NCBI GenBank assembly: GCA_021162205.1
Contig: JAGGZE010000100.1
Coordinates: forward strand, 587-64,586
Reading direction: 5' to 3'
DNA: 64,000 nucleotides
From: a bacterium
Lineage (GTDB): Bacteria; UBP14; UBA6098; B30-G16
The first letter of the stretch is position 1. Every line of letters begins with the position of its first letter. Made by a program: the position numbers and the translations under genes. The notes beneath the pieces are model-generated. The model was not told the DNA's origin. It made no database searches and saw only the letters and a program-made list of their open reading frames with translations. Below are positions 31,742 to 41,315 of this stretch, piece by piece.

Positions 31742-32066
31742 AGTGCGTTGCGTTTCTTCCGACAAAGTCGAAATTCATTGCAACGCCATCGTTATCAAAG
31801 TTTCCGAACCCATTAAAAAGAGCCGTAGGCTTCGCCTGTTTTTATTGCGTTGATTTTTTCTGAACAGGGGATATAGTTGCCCATTGCCCGATAACGAATT
31901 GTAGGGGCGAACGGCGTTCGCCCAATAGAATAAGGGCGTATTCGATATGCTCCTACACCGTGTTTTTAATTGGTTGAAATGTTATTTAATTGAGCTGGCA
32001 TTGCAGGGAATTGTTCCGCTTTTGTGGAACAAGGAAAGCAATGCGAAGAAAACAGGCGAACGCCTG
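31723..32066. repeat. Mosaic intergenic repeat locus A: one forward unit (31723-31851) and one inverted unit (about 31905-32066), tail-to-tail. The inverted unit abuts the tRNA-Ser 3' end.
   Basis: Shares with loci B-D the modules hairpin+T-run, outer stem gcgttgc/gcaacgc enclosing a short palindrome, and an AT-rich box '..attaaataacatttcaacc.attaaaaa' followed by a GC hairpin. In the inverted unit the hairpin caggcgttcgcctg+TTTT lies directly 3' of tRNA-Ser. Confidence 0.75.
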
Positions 32067-32075
32067 CGAAGGGAT

Positions 32076-32160
32076 GCGGAGGGTAAGGGATTCGAACCCC
32101 CATGGGCTTGCGCCCGGCGGATTTCAAGTCCGCTGCCTTACCAATTAGACTAACCCTCCG
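32076..32160 (-). tRNA. tRNA-Ser (anticodon UGA), no encoded CCA.
   Basis: Manual fold: 7-bp acceptor stem, 3-bp D stem, anticodon loop CUUGAAA, 15-nt variable arm (gggc-gcaa-gccc), and T-loop TTCGAAT. Confidence 0.85.
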
Positions 32161-32503
32161 ATATTTTTTCAGGCAATAATTTATGCGAATGTATAACTTT
32201 GTCAAATTCTTTTTAAGCAAAATTTGCTCTCTAATATTCAGGATATTATTTTCAAAATTCTCGAATTGCTCAAATTTATCTTGACTGAATGAGATACCGG
32301 AATATTGTAGTTATATCGGTTTCTGCATAGAAGGAGTATATAATCTTAAAAACACATAGTAAAAATAATAGATTTATTGTAACAATTTTCTTGACCACAT
32401 ATTATTTTAATTTATTATTTTGAATTATTTTAAATAACTATAAAATAGAAATAGAGAATAAAAATAGGATATATTAAAATGATTTTAAATAGAAAGGGAA
32501 ATT

Positions 32504-35500
32504 ATGAATAAAATAGGAAGAATACTGATTGTAGGTGGTGGAATAGGAGGAATTCAGTCCGCATTGGACCTTTCTTCATCGGGTTATAAAGTTTATCTGC
32601 TCGATAAAAAATTATCTATCGGTGGAGCTATGTCTCAATTGGACAAGACATTCCCTACGAACGATTGTTCTATGTGTATACTTTCTCCCAAAATGGTCGA
32701 TGCCGGCAGACAGTTGAATATAGAGCTTCTTACCAATTCCGAGGTATTATCTGTCGAGGGCGAGCCCGGGAATTTCAAGGTAAAAGTATTGAAGAAAGCT
32801 CGGTATGTATCGTTCGATAATTGTAAGGGTTGTGGAGACTGCACTGAAGCCTGCCCTGTTTCGCTTCCCAATCCTTATGAGGAAATGCTCGGGACGAGAA
32901 AGGCGATATGGCGACCATTGGAACAGGCAGTCCCATCGGCATTCGCTGTCGATAAATTGGGTATCCCTCCTTGCAGGGCGAGATGTCCTATTCACTTAAA
33001 TGCCTATGGGTATGTGATGGCAGCAAAAGTGAAAGAATGGGAAAGAGCACAGGAAATCGTAAGAAAGGATAGAGATTTTGTATTCGCTGCCACTGCTGCA
33101 AGGATATGCACTCATCCCTGCGAATCGGAATGCAAAAGATGCGAGGTAGATGAACCTGTATCTATAAGAGGTATTAAAAGATGGATTGTCGATTGGGAAT
33201 TTGAAAAATATGGCGGTCCAAATCTACCGATAGAGATAGCGGAAGAGAAAGATAAGCGTATTGGAATTATAGGTGCGGGACCTGCTGGACTCACAGCCGC
33301 TTTTCATCTTCGCAAAAAAGGTTATCGAGTCGAAGTATTCGAAAGTCTGCCAGCTGGTGGTGGTATGCTTCTTGCGGGTATTCCAGCATACAGACTTCCC
33401 AAAGATATTTTGAAAAAAGAAGTGGAAATAGTAGAAAAATCGGGTGTCGATATAAAGTATAATACCAGCATAGGAAAGGATATACAGTTCGACGAGTTAC
33501 TCGGGAATTTCGATTCGGTGTTTATCGCTACAGGAGCGCATAAATCGAGAGGTATGAAAATACAAGGTGAAGGACTAACAGGTGTTCATCATGCAGTGCA
33601 TATATTGAGAAAAATAAATTTAGGCGAGGAAGTAAAATTAGGGAAAAAAGTAGTTGTAGTAGGCGGAGGAAACTCTGCGATGGATGCAGCGAGAAGTGCA
33701 TTAAGGTTGGGTTCCGATGTAACGATATTGTATAGAAGGTCGAGACTCGAGATGCCGGCGATAGACGAGGAGATAGAGGCAGCGATTTCAGAAGGCATAA
33801 ATATCGAATTTTTAAGGAATCCTGTCGAATTTATAGGGGAGAATGGTAAATTAAGCAAAGTGAAAGTTATCGAGATGGAATTGGGTGAACCCGATGAATC
33901 TGGTAGAAGAAGACCTGTGCCTATATCGGGGAGTGAATATGAACTACCTGCCGATGATGTTATGCTCGCCATTGGTGAAAAACCCGAGCTTTCGTTCCTA
34001 AATAGTTCAAATATCGATATAACAGATTGGGGAACTATAAAAGCGGATGAGCTTACACTTCAGACATCGAATCCCAAAGTATTTGCAGGAGGCGACACTG
34101 TTACGGGACCCGCTTCATTCATAGATGCGGTTGCTCATGGTATGAGAGTAGCGGAATCCATCGATAGATATATATCAGGGAGAGATATTAGAGAAGGCAG
34201 AGAGGATGAACTGCCATTTAAGAGTGATTTAGTGGGCGATAAAGAAAGAGCATACCAAAAAGAGAGAATGCATCAGCCCATAGTTCCTGTCGCAGAAAGA
34301 ATAAAGGATTTCAGGGAGGTAGAATTAACTCCTAATGAAGATGATGTATCCGAGGAAGGGAAAAGGTGTATCGAATGTGCGCACTGTTCAGAATGTATGC
34401 TTTGTATGGAAGCTTGCGAGCCAGATGCAATTTTACATGATATGATATCGGAGGAAGTCGAACTGAATGTGGGCTCGATTATTCTTTCACCCGGTTACGA
34501 AGAATTCGCTGCCGAGAAAATTACTGAATTCGGTTATGGAAGATTCCCTAATGTTGTAACCTCGATACAGTTCGAGAGAATCCTATCTGCATCTGGACCT
34601 TATGGTGGAAATATAGTAAGGCCATCGGATAATGAACATCCCAAAAAGATTGCGTGGATTCAATGTGTCGGTTCGAGAGATAAACACAATGAATATTGTT
34701 CCTCTGTATGCTGTATGTATGCGGTTAAGGAAGCGGTAATTTCCCGAGAACATGCAAGCGATACCGATGCCACAATATTCTTTATGGATATAAGAGCTTA
34801 TGGAAAAGATTTCGATAAATATATCGATAGAGCAAGGGATGAATACGGTGTTAAGTTCGTAAGGTCGAGAATAGCAAAAATAGATGAAAATCCCGATACC
34901 AAAAATCTTATTATAAGATACGAGGCAAATGGCGAATTAAAGAAAGAAGAATTTGGACTTGTTGTGCTTTCTGTCGGACTTGCACAGCTTCCAGATAAGG
35001 ATGATATTAAGGAAAAATTTGGTATCGAACTAAACGAGTTCGGTTTCGCAAAAACAGATACATTCTGCCCTATATGCACCACCAGAGATGGCATATTTGT
35101 ATCTGGTGCATTTCAATCTCCAAAAGATATTCCAGAAACGGTAGCACAGGCATCGGGTGCAGCGGCAATGGCAGGAGGAGTATTATCCGATGTCAGATGG
35201 ACAGCAACCGAGAAAAAAGAGTATGTGGATGAAAAAATTGTTAAAAATGAAAGACCCAGAATCGGAGCATTTATATGTCGCTGTGGAATAAATATAGGTG
35301 CTTATGTAGATGTGCCAGCAGTTGTGGAATATGCAAAAACACTTCCCGGTGTTGTATATGCGGAAGAAAATCTATATACTTGTTCTCAGGATACACAGGA
35401 AAAAATAAAGGATATGATAAAAAAACATAATCTAAATAGAGTAGTTGTCGCATCCTGCACTCCGAGAACTCACGAACCGCTTTTCCAAGGGACTATAAGA

Positions 35501-36961
35501 GAAGCGGGCTTAAATAAGTATCTTTTCGAAATGGCTAATATAAGAGACCAGGATTCATGGGTGCATATGCACGAGAAGGACAAAGCGACAGAGAAGGCAA
35601 AAGAATTGGTGAAAATGGCGGTCTATAAGTCTGGGCTTCTCGAACCTCTCGAAACATCTATAATTCCTGTTACCAAAAGGGCGCTTATTATCGGTGGAGG
35701 GATAACAGGTATGAATGCTGCACTCGGGGTAGCGAATGAGGGATTCGAGGCGGTAATAATAGAAAAAGAGAGTGAATTAGGCGGTGTCGCTAAAAATATC
35801 CATTATACACTCGATAAAAGGGATGTGAATACTTATTTGAAAGAGTTGATAGAGAAGGTCGAGAATAATCCCAAGATAAAGGTCTATAAAAGTGCTGAAA
35901 TAGAAAATGTCGAGGGATATGTGGGGAATTTCAAAACAGTGATAGATAAAGATGGCGAATCTATCGAAATCGAGCATGGTGTTGCGATTATAACGGTTGG
36001 GGCGAATGAATATATCCCTACGGAATATCACTATGGCGAAGATGAAAAGATATTAACCCAGTTAGAATTCGAGAAAAATTTATTAGATGGATTATCTAAA
36101 TCTCCCAAAACTATCGCTATGATACAATGTGTCGGCTCGAGAAATGATGAACATCCTTGGTGCAGCAGAGTTTGCTGCGGCGAAGCTGTAAAAAACGCAA
36201 TATTGACGAAAGAAAAATATCCCGATGCAAATGTATTTGTTTTTTACAGGGACATAAGAACCTATGGATTTAAGGAAATCTATTATAAAAAAGCAAGAGA
36301 AATGGGTGTTATTTTTATAAGATTCGAGGAAGGTAAGGAACCCGATGTTCAGATAAAGAATGGGAATATCTCGGTAGAGGTTATAGACATAATCCTAAAT
36401 AGAAAATTGAGGGTCGAACCCGATTATTTAGTGCTTTCTAATGGAATTGTTCCCGATATCGAAAGCAATAAAAAGCTGTCGGAATTTTTCAAAGTGCCTA
36501 TCAATCAGGATGGTTTTTTCCTCGAAGCTCACGCCAAATTGAGACCTGTCGATTTTGCAACCGATGGCGTATTCCTTGCAGGGCTTGCTCATTCCCCCAA
36601 AGGTATAGACGAATCTATCGGTCAAGCTTATGCAGCTGTTTCGAGAGCGACAACAGTCCTTTCAAAAGATGGAATAGAAACATCGGGAATAACATCCAGC
36701 GTGAATGAAATGAAATGTGTAGGATGTGGATTATGCGAGGAAAGTTGTGCTTATGGTGCAATTTCTCTCGTAGATAAAAAAGTATTCGGCAAAATAAAAC
36801 ATATAGCGGAAGTAAATAAAGTATTATGCAAAGGTTGCGGTGCCTGTGCTGCCGCTTGCAGGTCGAATGCAATAGACCTGTTGGGATTTACCAATAATGA
36901 AATCGTCTCGGAAATTTTAGCTATGAGTGAGGAAAGGAGATATAATGGACAAAGAGTATGA
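32504..36961 (+). CDS. hdrL: HdrL-type giant heterodisulfide-reductase-A-like flavoprotein: HdrA N-terminus, an NfnB/GltD-like NAD(P)H:FAD insert, the HdrA remainder, a second HdrA-like unit and C-terminal 2x[4Fe-4S].
   Basis: 1,485 aa. Contains 'ILIVGGGIGGIQSALDL...DKTFPTNDCSMCILSPK' (HdrA start); a GltD-like segment 'RIGIIGAGPAGLTAAFHL...GGGNSAMDAARSALRLG'; two 'CVGSR(D/N)...C(S/C)RVCC' motifs; and terminal CxxCxxCxxxC pairs. Confidence 0.7.
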   Translation: MNKIGRILIVGGGIGGIQSALDLSSSGYKVYLLDKKLSIGGAMSQLDKTFPTNDCSMCILSPKMVDAGRQLNIELLTNSEVLSVEGEPGNFKVKVLKKARYVSFDNCKGCGDCTEACPVSLPNPYEEMLGTRKAIWRPLEQAVPSAFAVDKLGIPPCRARCPIHLNAYGYVMAAKVKEWERAQEIVRKDRDFVFAATAARICTHPCESECKRCEVDEPVSIRGIKRWIVDWEFEKYGGPNLPIEIAEEKDKRIGIIGAGPAGLTAAFHLRKKGYRVEVFESLPAGGGMLLAGIPAYRLPKDILKKEVEIVEKSGVDIKYNTSIGKDIQFDELLGNFDSVFIATGAHKSRGMKIQGEGLTGVHHAVHILRKINLGEEVKLGKKVVVVGGGNSAMDAARSALRLGSDVTILYRRSRLEMPAIDEEIEAAISEGINIEFLRNPVEFIGENGKLSKVKVIEMELGEPDESGRRRPVPISGSEYELPADDVMLAIGEKPELSFLNSSNIDITDWGTIKADELTLQTSNPKVFAGGDTVTGPASFIDAVAHGMRVAESIDRYISGRDIREGREDELPFKSDLVGDKERAYQKERMHQPIVPVAERIKDFREVELTPNEDDVSEEGKRCIECAHCSECMLCMEACEPDAILHDMISEEVELNVGSIILSPGYEEFAAEKITEFGYGRFPNVVTSIQFERILSASGPYGGNIVRPSDNEHPKKIAWIQCVGSRDKHNEYCSSVCCMYAVKEAVISREHASDTDATIFFMDIRAYGKDFDKYIDRARDEYGVKFVRSRIAKIDENPDTKNLIIRYEANGELKKEEFGLVVLSVGLAQLPDKDDIKEKFGIELNEFGFAKTDTFCPICTTRDGIFVSGAFQSPKDIPETVAQASGAAAMAGGVLSDVRWTATEKKEYVDEKIVKNERPRIGAFICRCGINIGAYVDVPAVVEYAKTLPGVVYAEENLYTCSQDTQEKIKDMIKKHNLNRVVVASCTPRTHEPLFQGTIREAGLNKYLFEMANIRDQDSWVHMHEKDKATEKAKELVKMAVYKSGLLEPLETSIIPVTKRALIIGGGITGMNAALGVANEGFEAVIIEKESELGGVAKNIHYTLDKRDVNTYLKELIEKVENNPKIKVYKSAEIENVEGYVGNFKTVIDKDGESIEIEHGVAIITVGANEYIPTEYHYGEDEKILTQLEFEKNLLDGLSKSPKTIAMIQCVGSRNDEHPWCSRVCCGEAVKNAILTKEKYPDANVFVFYRDIRTYGFKEIYYKKAREMGVIFIRFEEGKEPDVQIKNGNISVEVIDIILNRKLRVEPDYLVLSNGIVPDIESNKKLSEFFKVPINQDGFFLEAHAKLRPVDFATDGVFLAGLAHSPKGIDESIGQAYAAVSRATTVLSKDGIETSGITSSVNEMKCVGCGLCEESCAYGAISLVDKKVFGKIKHIAEVNKVLCKGCGACAAACRSNAIDLLGFTNNEIVSEILAMSEERRYNGQRV

Positions 36962-37373
36962 ACCTAATATAATCGCTTTTCTGTGCAATTGGTGCAGTTA
37001 TGCGGGAGCCGACCTTGCAGGCGTTTCGAGATTCCAGTATCCAGCAAATCCCAAGGTGGTAAGGGTCCCCTGTTCGGGCAGGATAAACCCTATGTTTATT
37101 GTGAAATCGCTTTACGAAGGATTAGATGGTGTTTGGGTATCGGGATGTCATCCGGGAGATTGCCATTATAATACAGGGAATTATTATGCAAGGAGAAGAT
37201 TTGCCCTGTTAAAGAATATGCTTTCACATATCGGATTCGAAGAGGATAGGACATTGTTCTCCTGGGTATCGGCATCCGAGGGAAATATATTCGCAGACAA
37301 AGCGAAAGAGGTTACAGCGAGAATAAAGAAACTCGGTCCGCGAAAAAAATTACTAAAAAACAGAGATATTTGA
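36945..37373 (+). CDS. mvhD: MvhD/FlxD-like [2Fe-2S] protein (methyl-viologen-reducing hydrogenase delta-subunit family).
   Basis: 'IIAFLCNWCSYAGADLAG...VRVPCSGRINP...GVWVSGCHPGDCHY' matches the MvhD signature. The ATG at 36945 is preceded by an AGGAGA RBS; the ORF track starts at an upstream GTG at 36927. Confidence 0.75.
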   Translation: MDKEYEPNIIAFLCNWCSYAGADLAGVSRFQYPANPKVVRVPCSGRINPMFIVKSLYEGLDGVWVSGCHPGDCHYNTGNYYARRRFALLKNMLSHIGFEEDRTLFSWVSASEGNIFADKAKEVTARIKKLGPRKKLLKNRDI

Positions 37374-37390
37374 ATAAATTGGAGGTTTAA

Positions 37391-38287
37391 ATGGCAGATA
37401 AAATTGTAGAAAATATTAGGAAAGAAGCGAAAAGGATTCTCGAAGAAAAAATAGTGGATATAGTAATCGGTTTTGAGAAAGGCACACTTCCCTATACTGC
37501 ATCTCCTGTATTTATCGAAAATCCCGACGATGTAGATAAACTTATTTGGAACAGATATTGTCATAATAATCTCGCTGTTTATCTAAGGAATTTCCCCGAT
37601 AAAAAAATCGGCATTATTGTTAAGGGTTGCGACAGTCGCTCGATTGTTGCATTGATGGCAGAAAAACAGCTTACACGGGAAAATATTTATATAATCGGTG
37701 TTCCCTGTGAAGGAATGCTCGATAAGAATAAATTACTCGAGGAGTTCGGTGATAATCCACCGATAGAAGTTAAGGAAGAATTTCTCTATCCATCCTGTCA
37801 GTATTGCGAACATAAAAATCCTGTGATATATGATTTTTTGACAGGTGAACCTGTTCAGGAAAAAGAAGAAGAGCCATACCCGGATGTAGTCGAATTTGAA
37901 AAGAAAACATTAGATGAGAGATGGAAATATTTTCAAGAAGAAGCATCGAAATGTATTAGGTGTTATGCTTGCCGTCAAGCTTGCCCTATGTGTTATTGCG
38001 AGGAATGTTTTGTCGATACAAATTCTCCGAAATGGCTCGACCCGGGAATTGACCTTCCAGATTTACAGGTATGGCATATTATTAGAGCATACCATCAAGC
38101 AGGCAGATGTGTCGATTGTGGCGCTTGCGAAAGAGCTTGCCCTATGGATATAAAAATTTTATGGTTGACCAGAAAATTGAATAAAGATGTAAGAGATTTG
38201 TTCGAGTTTGAAATAGGAATCGACCCCGAAAAAGTTCCTCCACTCGGAACATTCTCATTATACGATAAAGAGGAGTTTTTAATATGA
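37391..38287 (+). CDS. Iron-sulfur protein with 2x[4Fe-4S] motifs (FlxC/FrhB-like electron-transfer subunit).
   Basis: 'CIRCYACRQACPM' and 'CVDCGACERACPM' ferredoxin motifs. A GGAGG RBS precedes the start and the stop overlaps the next start (ATGA). Confidence 0.55.
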   Translation: MADKIVENIRKEAKRILEEKIVDIVIGFEKGTLPYTASPVFIENPDDVDKLIWNRYCHNNLAVYLRNFPDKKIGIIVKGCDSRSIVALMAEKQLTRENIYIIGVPCEGMLDKNKLLEEFGDNPPIEVKEEFLYPSCQYCEHKNPVIYDFLTGEPVQEKEEEPYPDVVEFEKKTLDERWKYFQEEASKCIRCYACRQACPMCYCEECFVDTNSPKWLDPGIDLPDLQVWHIIRAYHQAGRCVDCGACERACPMDIKILWLTRKLNKDVRDLFEFEIGIDPEKVPPLGTFSLYDKEEFLI

Positions 38288-39252
38288 AAAAAATAGATAA
38301 AAAAAGACTATTTGAAAGACTGAATAATCTTATTAAAGATTATGTCGTATATGCTCCCAAAGGGAAAGATTTTGGGAAAATCGAGGATACATCGGAGATT
38401 AAAAGGGAAAGTATAAATGTTAGACTTTCGCCTAAACAGGTATTTCTTCCTCAGGAAGAAGCTTTGTTCACTTTCAAACAAGGCGATATAAAGGTTCCCG
38501 AGAATAACGAGAAATATATTCTTTTCGGTATAAGACCCTGCGATGCAAAAGCGATAGCACTTTTAGATAAAAATTTCGATACGAAAGATTTCCCCGACCC
38601 GTATTATATCGATAGGAGAAAAAACTCTATCCTTATAGCTGAAGCCTGTATCGAACCCGAATCCACTTGCTTTTGCACAGCTTTTGGAAGCGGTCCATTC
38701 GAATCGAAAGATGCAGATGCCTTGATTATCGATAGGGGAGACTATTATTTGATAGATGGCAATGAGAAAGCTTTATCGCTTTTCGATGGTCTATTGGAAG
38801 ACGATGGTGGCGAGAAAATTCTCGAATTAAAGAAAAAGGCAGAGGATTCGATAAAATCTCCCGTTGTCGAGGGTATCGATAAAAAACTTTCGAGTATGAT
38901 AGACGACCCAATCTGGGATGAAGTTTCAAGGAAGTGTATAACCTGCGGTGCTTGCACATATCTTTGCCCGACTTGCTATTGTTTCGATATTCAAGATGTA
39001 GGGAAGGATGATAAATATATGCGGGAACGAGTATGGGATTCCTGTATGTTCACAGTATATACGCTCGAAGCATCCGGTCATAATCCCAGAAAGGAAAAGG
39101 AAAAAAGAATGAGGCAGAGGGTTATGCATAAATTCAATTATTATCCCTTCCTTTACGATGAATATGGATGTGTCGGATGTGGAAGGTGCATAAAATACTG
39201 TCCTGTAAATGTAGATATAAGAAAAATAATAACAAAGATAATGGAGGTATAA
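38284..39252 (+). CDS. HydB/AsrA/FlxB-like iron-sulfur subunit (sulfhydrogenase beta / anaerobic sulfite reductase A family).
   Basis: 'FGIRPCDAKAIALLD', 'CITCGACTYLCPTCYC', 'CVGCGRCIKYCP'. Stop at 39252 and the next ATG at 39253 indicate translational coupling. Confidence 0.6.
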   Translation: MKKIDKKRLFERLNNLIKDYVVYAPKGKDFGKIEDTSEIKRESINVRLSPKQVFLPQEEALFTFKQGDIKVPENNEKYILFGIRPCDAKAIALLDKNFDTKDFPDPYYIDRRKNSILIAEACIEPESTCFCTAFGSGPFESKDADALIIDRGDYYLIDGNEKALSLFDGLLEDDGGEKILELKKKAEDSIKSPVVEGIDKKLSSMIDDPIWDEVSRKCITCGACTYLCPTCYCFDIQDVGKDDKYMRERVWDSCMFTVYTLEASGHNPRKEKEKRMRQRVMHKFNYYPFLYDEYGCVGCGRCIKYCPVNVDIRKIITKIMEV

Positions 39253-40071
39253 ATGAATAATCCATATATACCTATGTCAGGGAAAATAAAGAAGGCATGG
39301 TTCGAATCCACCGACCGCAGTCTGAGAACATTGGATATCGTGTTAGATAATGGCAAGATGGATTTTATCCCGGGACAGTTCTGTGAAATATCCATTATGG
39401 GCAAAGGAGAATCGCCATTCGGTATAGCTTCTGCGCCATCGGAAGATTTTCTAAGATTCACTGTAAATAAAACTGGTTATGTAACGGCAGCCATACATTG
39501 GCTCGAAGAGGAAACCCCCGTATGGATTAGAGGTCCATTGGGTAATGGTTATCCTGTCGAAAAATTCGAAGGGAAAAATATTGTGATTGTAAGTGGAGGT
39601 TTTGCATTTACGACGCTTCGGTCTTTGCTGATATATCTATTAGACCACCGGGATAAATATAAAGACATAACGGTTGTATATGGTGCCAGAGAACCCGGGC
39701 TTTTACTTTATAGAGAAGAATTGCAAGAATGGGCGAAAAGAGACGATGTAAATATACACCTCGCTGTCGATGCAGAATTCGAGGGCTGGCAGGGTCATGT
39801 TGGATTTGTTCCTACCATACTTGAAAAGGTTAGTCCATCATCCGAGGATGCATATCTTGTGATGTGCGGTCCACCCGCTATGATAAAATTTACTTTACCT
39901 GTGATAAAAAAATTGAACTTCCCATCTGAAAAGGTTTATACATCTCTCGAAAGAAGAATGAAATGCGGAATTGGAAAATGTGGCAGATGTAATATCGGTC
40001 CATATTATGTATGCAAAGACGGTCCTGTATTCTCTTTGGATGTGCTTGAAAAACTGCCGAAAGAGTATTAA
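39253..40071 (+). CDS. HydG/AsrB/FlxA-like FAD/NAD(P)-binding oxidoreductase with C-terminal [2Fe-2S] (PyrK/FNR-like fold).
   Basis: 'RFTVNKTGYVT' (FAD-binding RxYS-like), the NAD-binding stretch 'GKNIVIVSGGFAFTTLRSL', and a C-terminal 'CGIGKCGRC...C' cluster. Confidence 0.65.
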   Translation: MNNPYIPMSGKIKKAWFESTDRSLRTLDIVLDNGKMDFIPGQFCEISIMGKGESPFGIASAPSEDFLRFTVNKTGYVTAAIHWLEEETPVWIRGPLGNGYPVEKFEGKNIVIVSGGFAFTTLRSLLIYLLDHRDKYKDITVVYGAREPGLLLYREELQEWAKRDDVNIHLAVDAEFEGWQGHVGFVPTILEKVSPSSEDAYLVMCGPPAMIKFTLPVIKKLNFPSEKVYTSLERRMKCGIGKCGRCNIGPYYVCKDGPVFSLDVLEKLPKEY

Positions 40072-40100
40072 AACCCGACCTGCAAAATACGAATTCGGAT

Positions 40101-40778
40101 TTATATTTGCGATTTCTTGAAATTCGTTACCGTATTATGAGCGATTTTCGTCGGTTCGGGAATCCGATATTTTATCGAGCATTTCAATGTCCAATTTAGT
40201 GCGGATTCAAAACCGATAAGATTTCCAGGGCTAATAAATAACGGCTTCACATTTTTCCTTGTTCGCACGACCATCCCGATTTTTTCACTTTTATGCGTAA
40301 GCCAACTCCAACTGCCCTTCTCGATTTTCGGCTCATCGTATTTACCGATAAGCCGGCTTTTTGCTACGCCTATAGTCGGTATTCCGAGAAAAAGACCGAT
40401 ATGTGCGCCGAGTCCCATCTTTCTCGGATGAGCGATTCCCTGACCATCGACCATCACGAGGTCTGGAACGATTTGAAGTTTCTCGAATAGCGAAAGCAAA
40501 AGCGGCGCCTCGCGAAATGTCAGATATCCAGGAATATATGGAAATCTAACCCGTTCCTTGCCAGTATGCAATTCGACTATTTCAAATTCGGGATATGTCA
40601 TAAGCACCACCGCTCCGAATGCTGTGCTATCTTTCGAGAAAGCGAGGTCTCCCGCTGCGATATAATTCACATTTTTGGAAACACCATCGACTATAATATC
40701 TCTCGCCAAATTGTTCTGAATCGATTTAGCATCGGCAAGCGTTAGGTTTTCCCAACTGTGAATTTTTCTAATTTCCAT
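40101..40778 (-). CDS. nfi: Endonuclease V (deoxyinosine 3' endonuclease).
   Basis: 'VDGQGIAHPRKMGLGAHIGLFLGIPTIGVAKS' is the canonical EndoV motif. An alternative upstream start lies at 40787. Confidence 0.8.
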   Translation of the reverse strand: MEIRKIHSWENLTLADAKSIQNNLARDIIVDGVSKNVNYIAAGDLAFSKDSTAFGAVVLMTYPEFEIVELHTGKERVRFPYIPGYLTFREAPLLLSLFEKLQIVPDLVMVDGQGIAHPRKMGLGAHIGLFLGIPTIGVAKSRLIGKYDEPKIEKGSWSWLTHKSEKIGMVVRTRKNVKPLFISPGNLIGFESALNWTLKCSIKYRIPEPTKIAHNTVTNFKKSQI

Positions 40779-41256
40779 CACTATCACCTTTCCTATCGAC
40801 TAAATATTTCGCTATATCTTTATCAGCTAAATTCAGATGGCTGCCATGCCAATAAATTTTTCCACAATTCCGACATTGCCAAAATTTGGTATGTGTCAAA
40901 TATGTATATTCGGGGACTTTATCAAAAACATTCGACTTTTCGACCTGGACAATATTGCCATTGCAGACAGGACATCGCACGAGAACAATTTTCGGTTCGA
41001 TAGCGAATTCCGATATAATTTCTCGCAATTGTTCCCAAAGACTATTTGCACGAACAAGATATGCTGCCGAACCTGCACACTGTGCAAGCTTTCTATCGCG
41101 TGTCAAAAGAATTTTACGCTGAATCAATGTTTGAAATAATAGCCCATCGTCATTCGTATCCGATTCATATACCGTATCGTATCCGAAAAGTCTGAGCCAC
41201 CGGGCGGTTCTGCCGAGCATCACATCGACGATGAATTTTATTTTTTGGTTGTGCAT
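40768..41256 (-). CDS. Mut7-C RNase-domain protein (DUF82, PIN-like plus zinc ribbon).
   Basis: 'FIVDVMLGRTARWLRLFGYDT' resembles the Mut7-C N-terminus. A C-terminal CPVC...CRNC zinc ribbon is present. Confidence 0.6.
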   Translation of the reverse strand: MHNQKIKFIVDVMLGRTARWLRLFGYDTVYESDTNDDGLLFQTLIQRKILLTRDRKLAQCAGSAAYLVRANSLWEQLREIISEFAIEPKIVLVRCPVCNGNIVQVEKSNVFDKVPEYTYLTHTKFWQCRNCGKIYWHGSHLNLADKDIAKYLVDRKGDSDGN

Positions 41257-41315
41257 AAAAAATTAAAAGATTTGCTGAAATATAACCGAATAAATCTGAT
41301 AAGCCATAGAAAAAA

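Noticed and set aside
31947-32220. Two ORFs (31947-32153 plus strand, 31966-32220 minus strand) suggesting small proteins near tRNA-Ser.
   Set aside because: They are translations of the inverted mosaic repeat and of the tRNA itself. The same peptide ('ALQGIV...NAKKT') reappears from another repeat copy at 61280-61465, so the similarity is DNA-level repetition, not a gene family.
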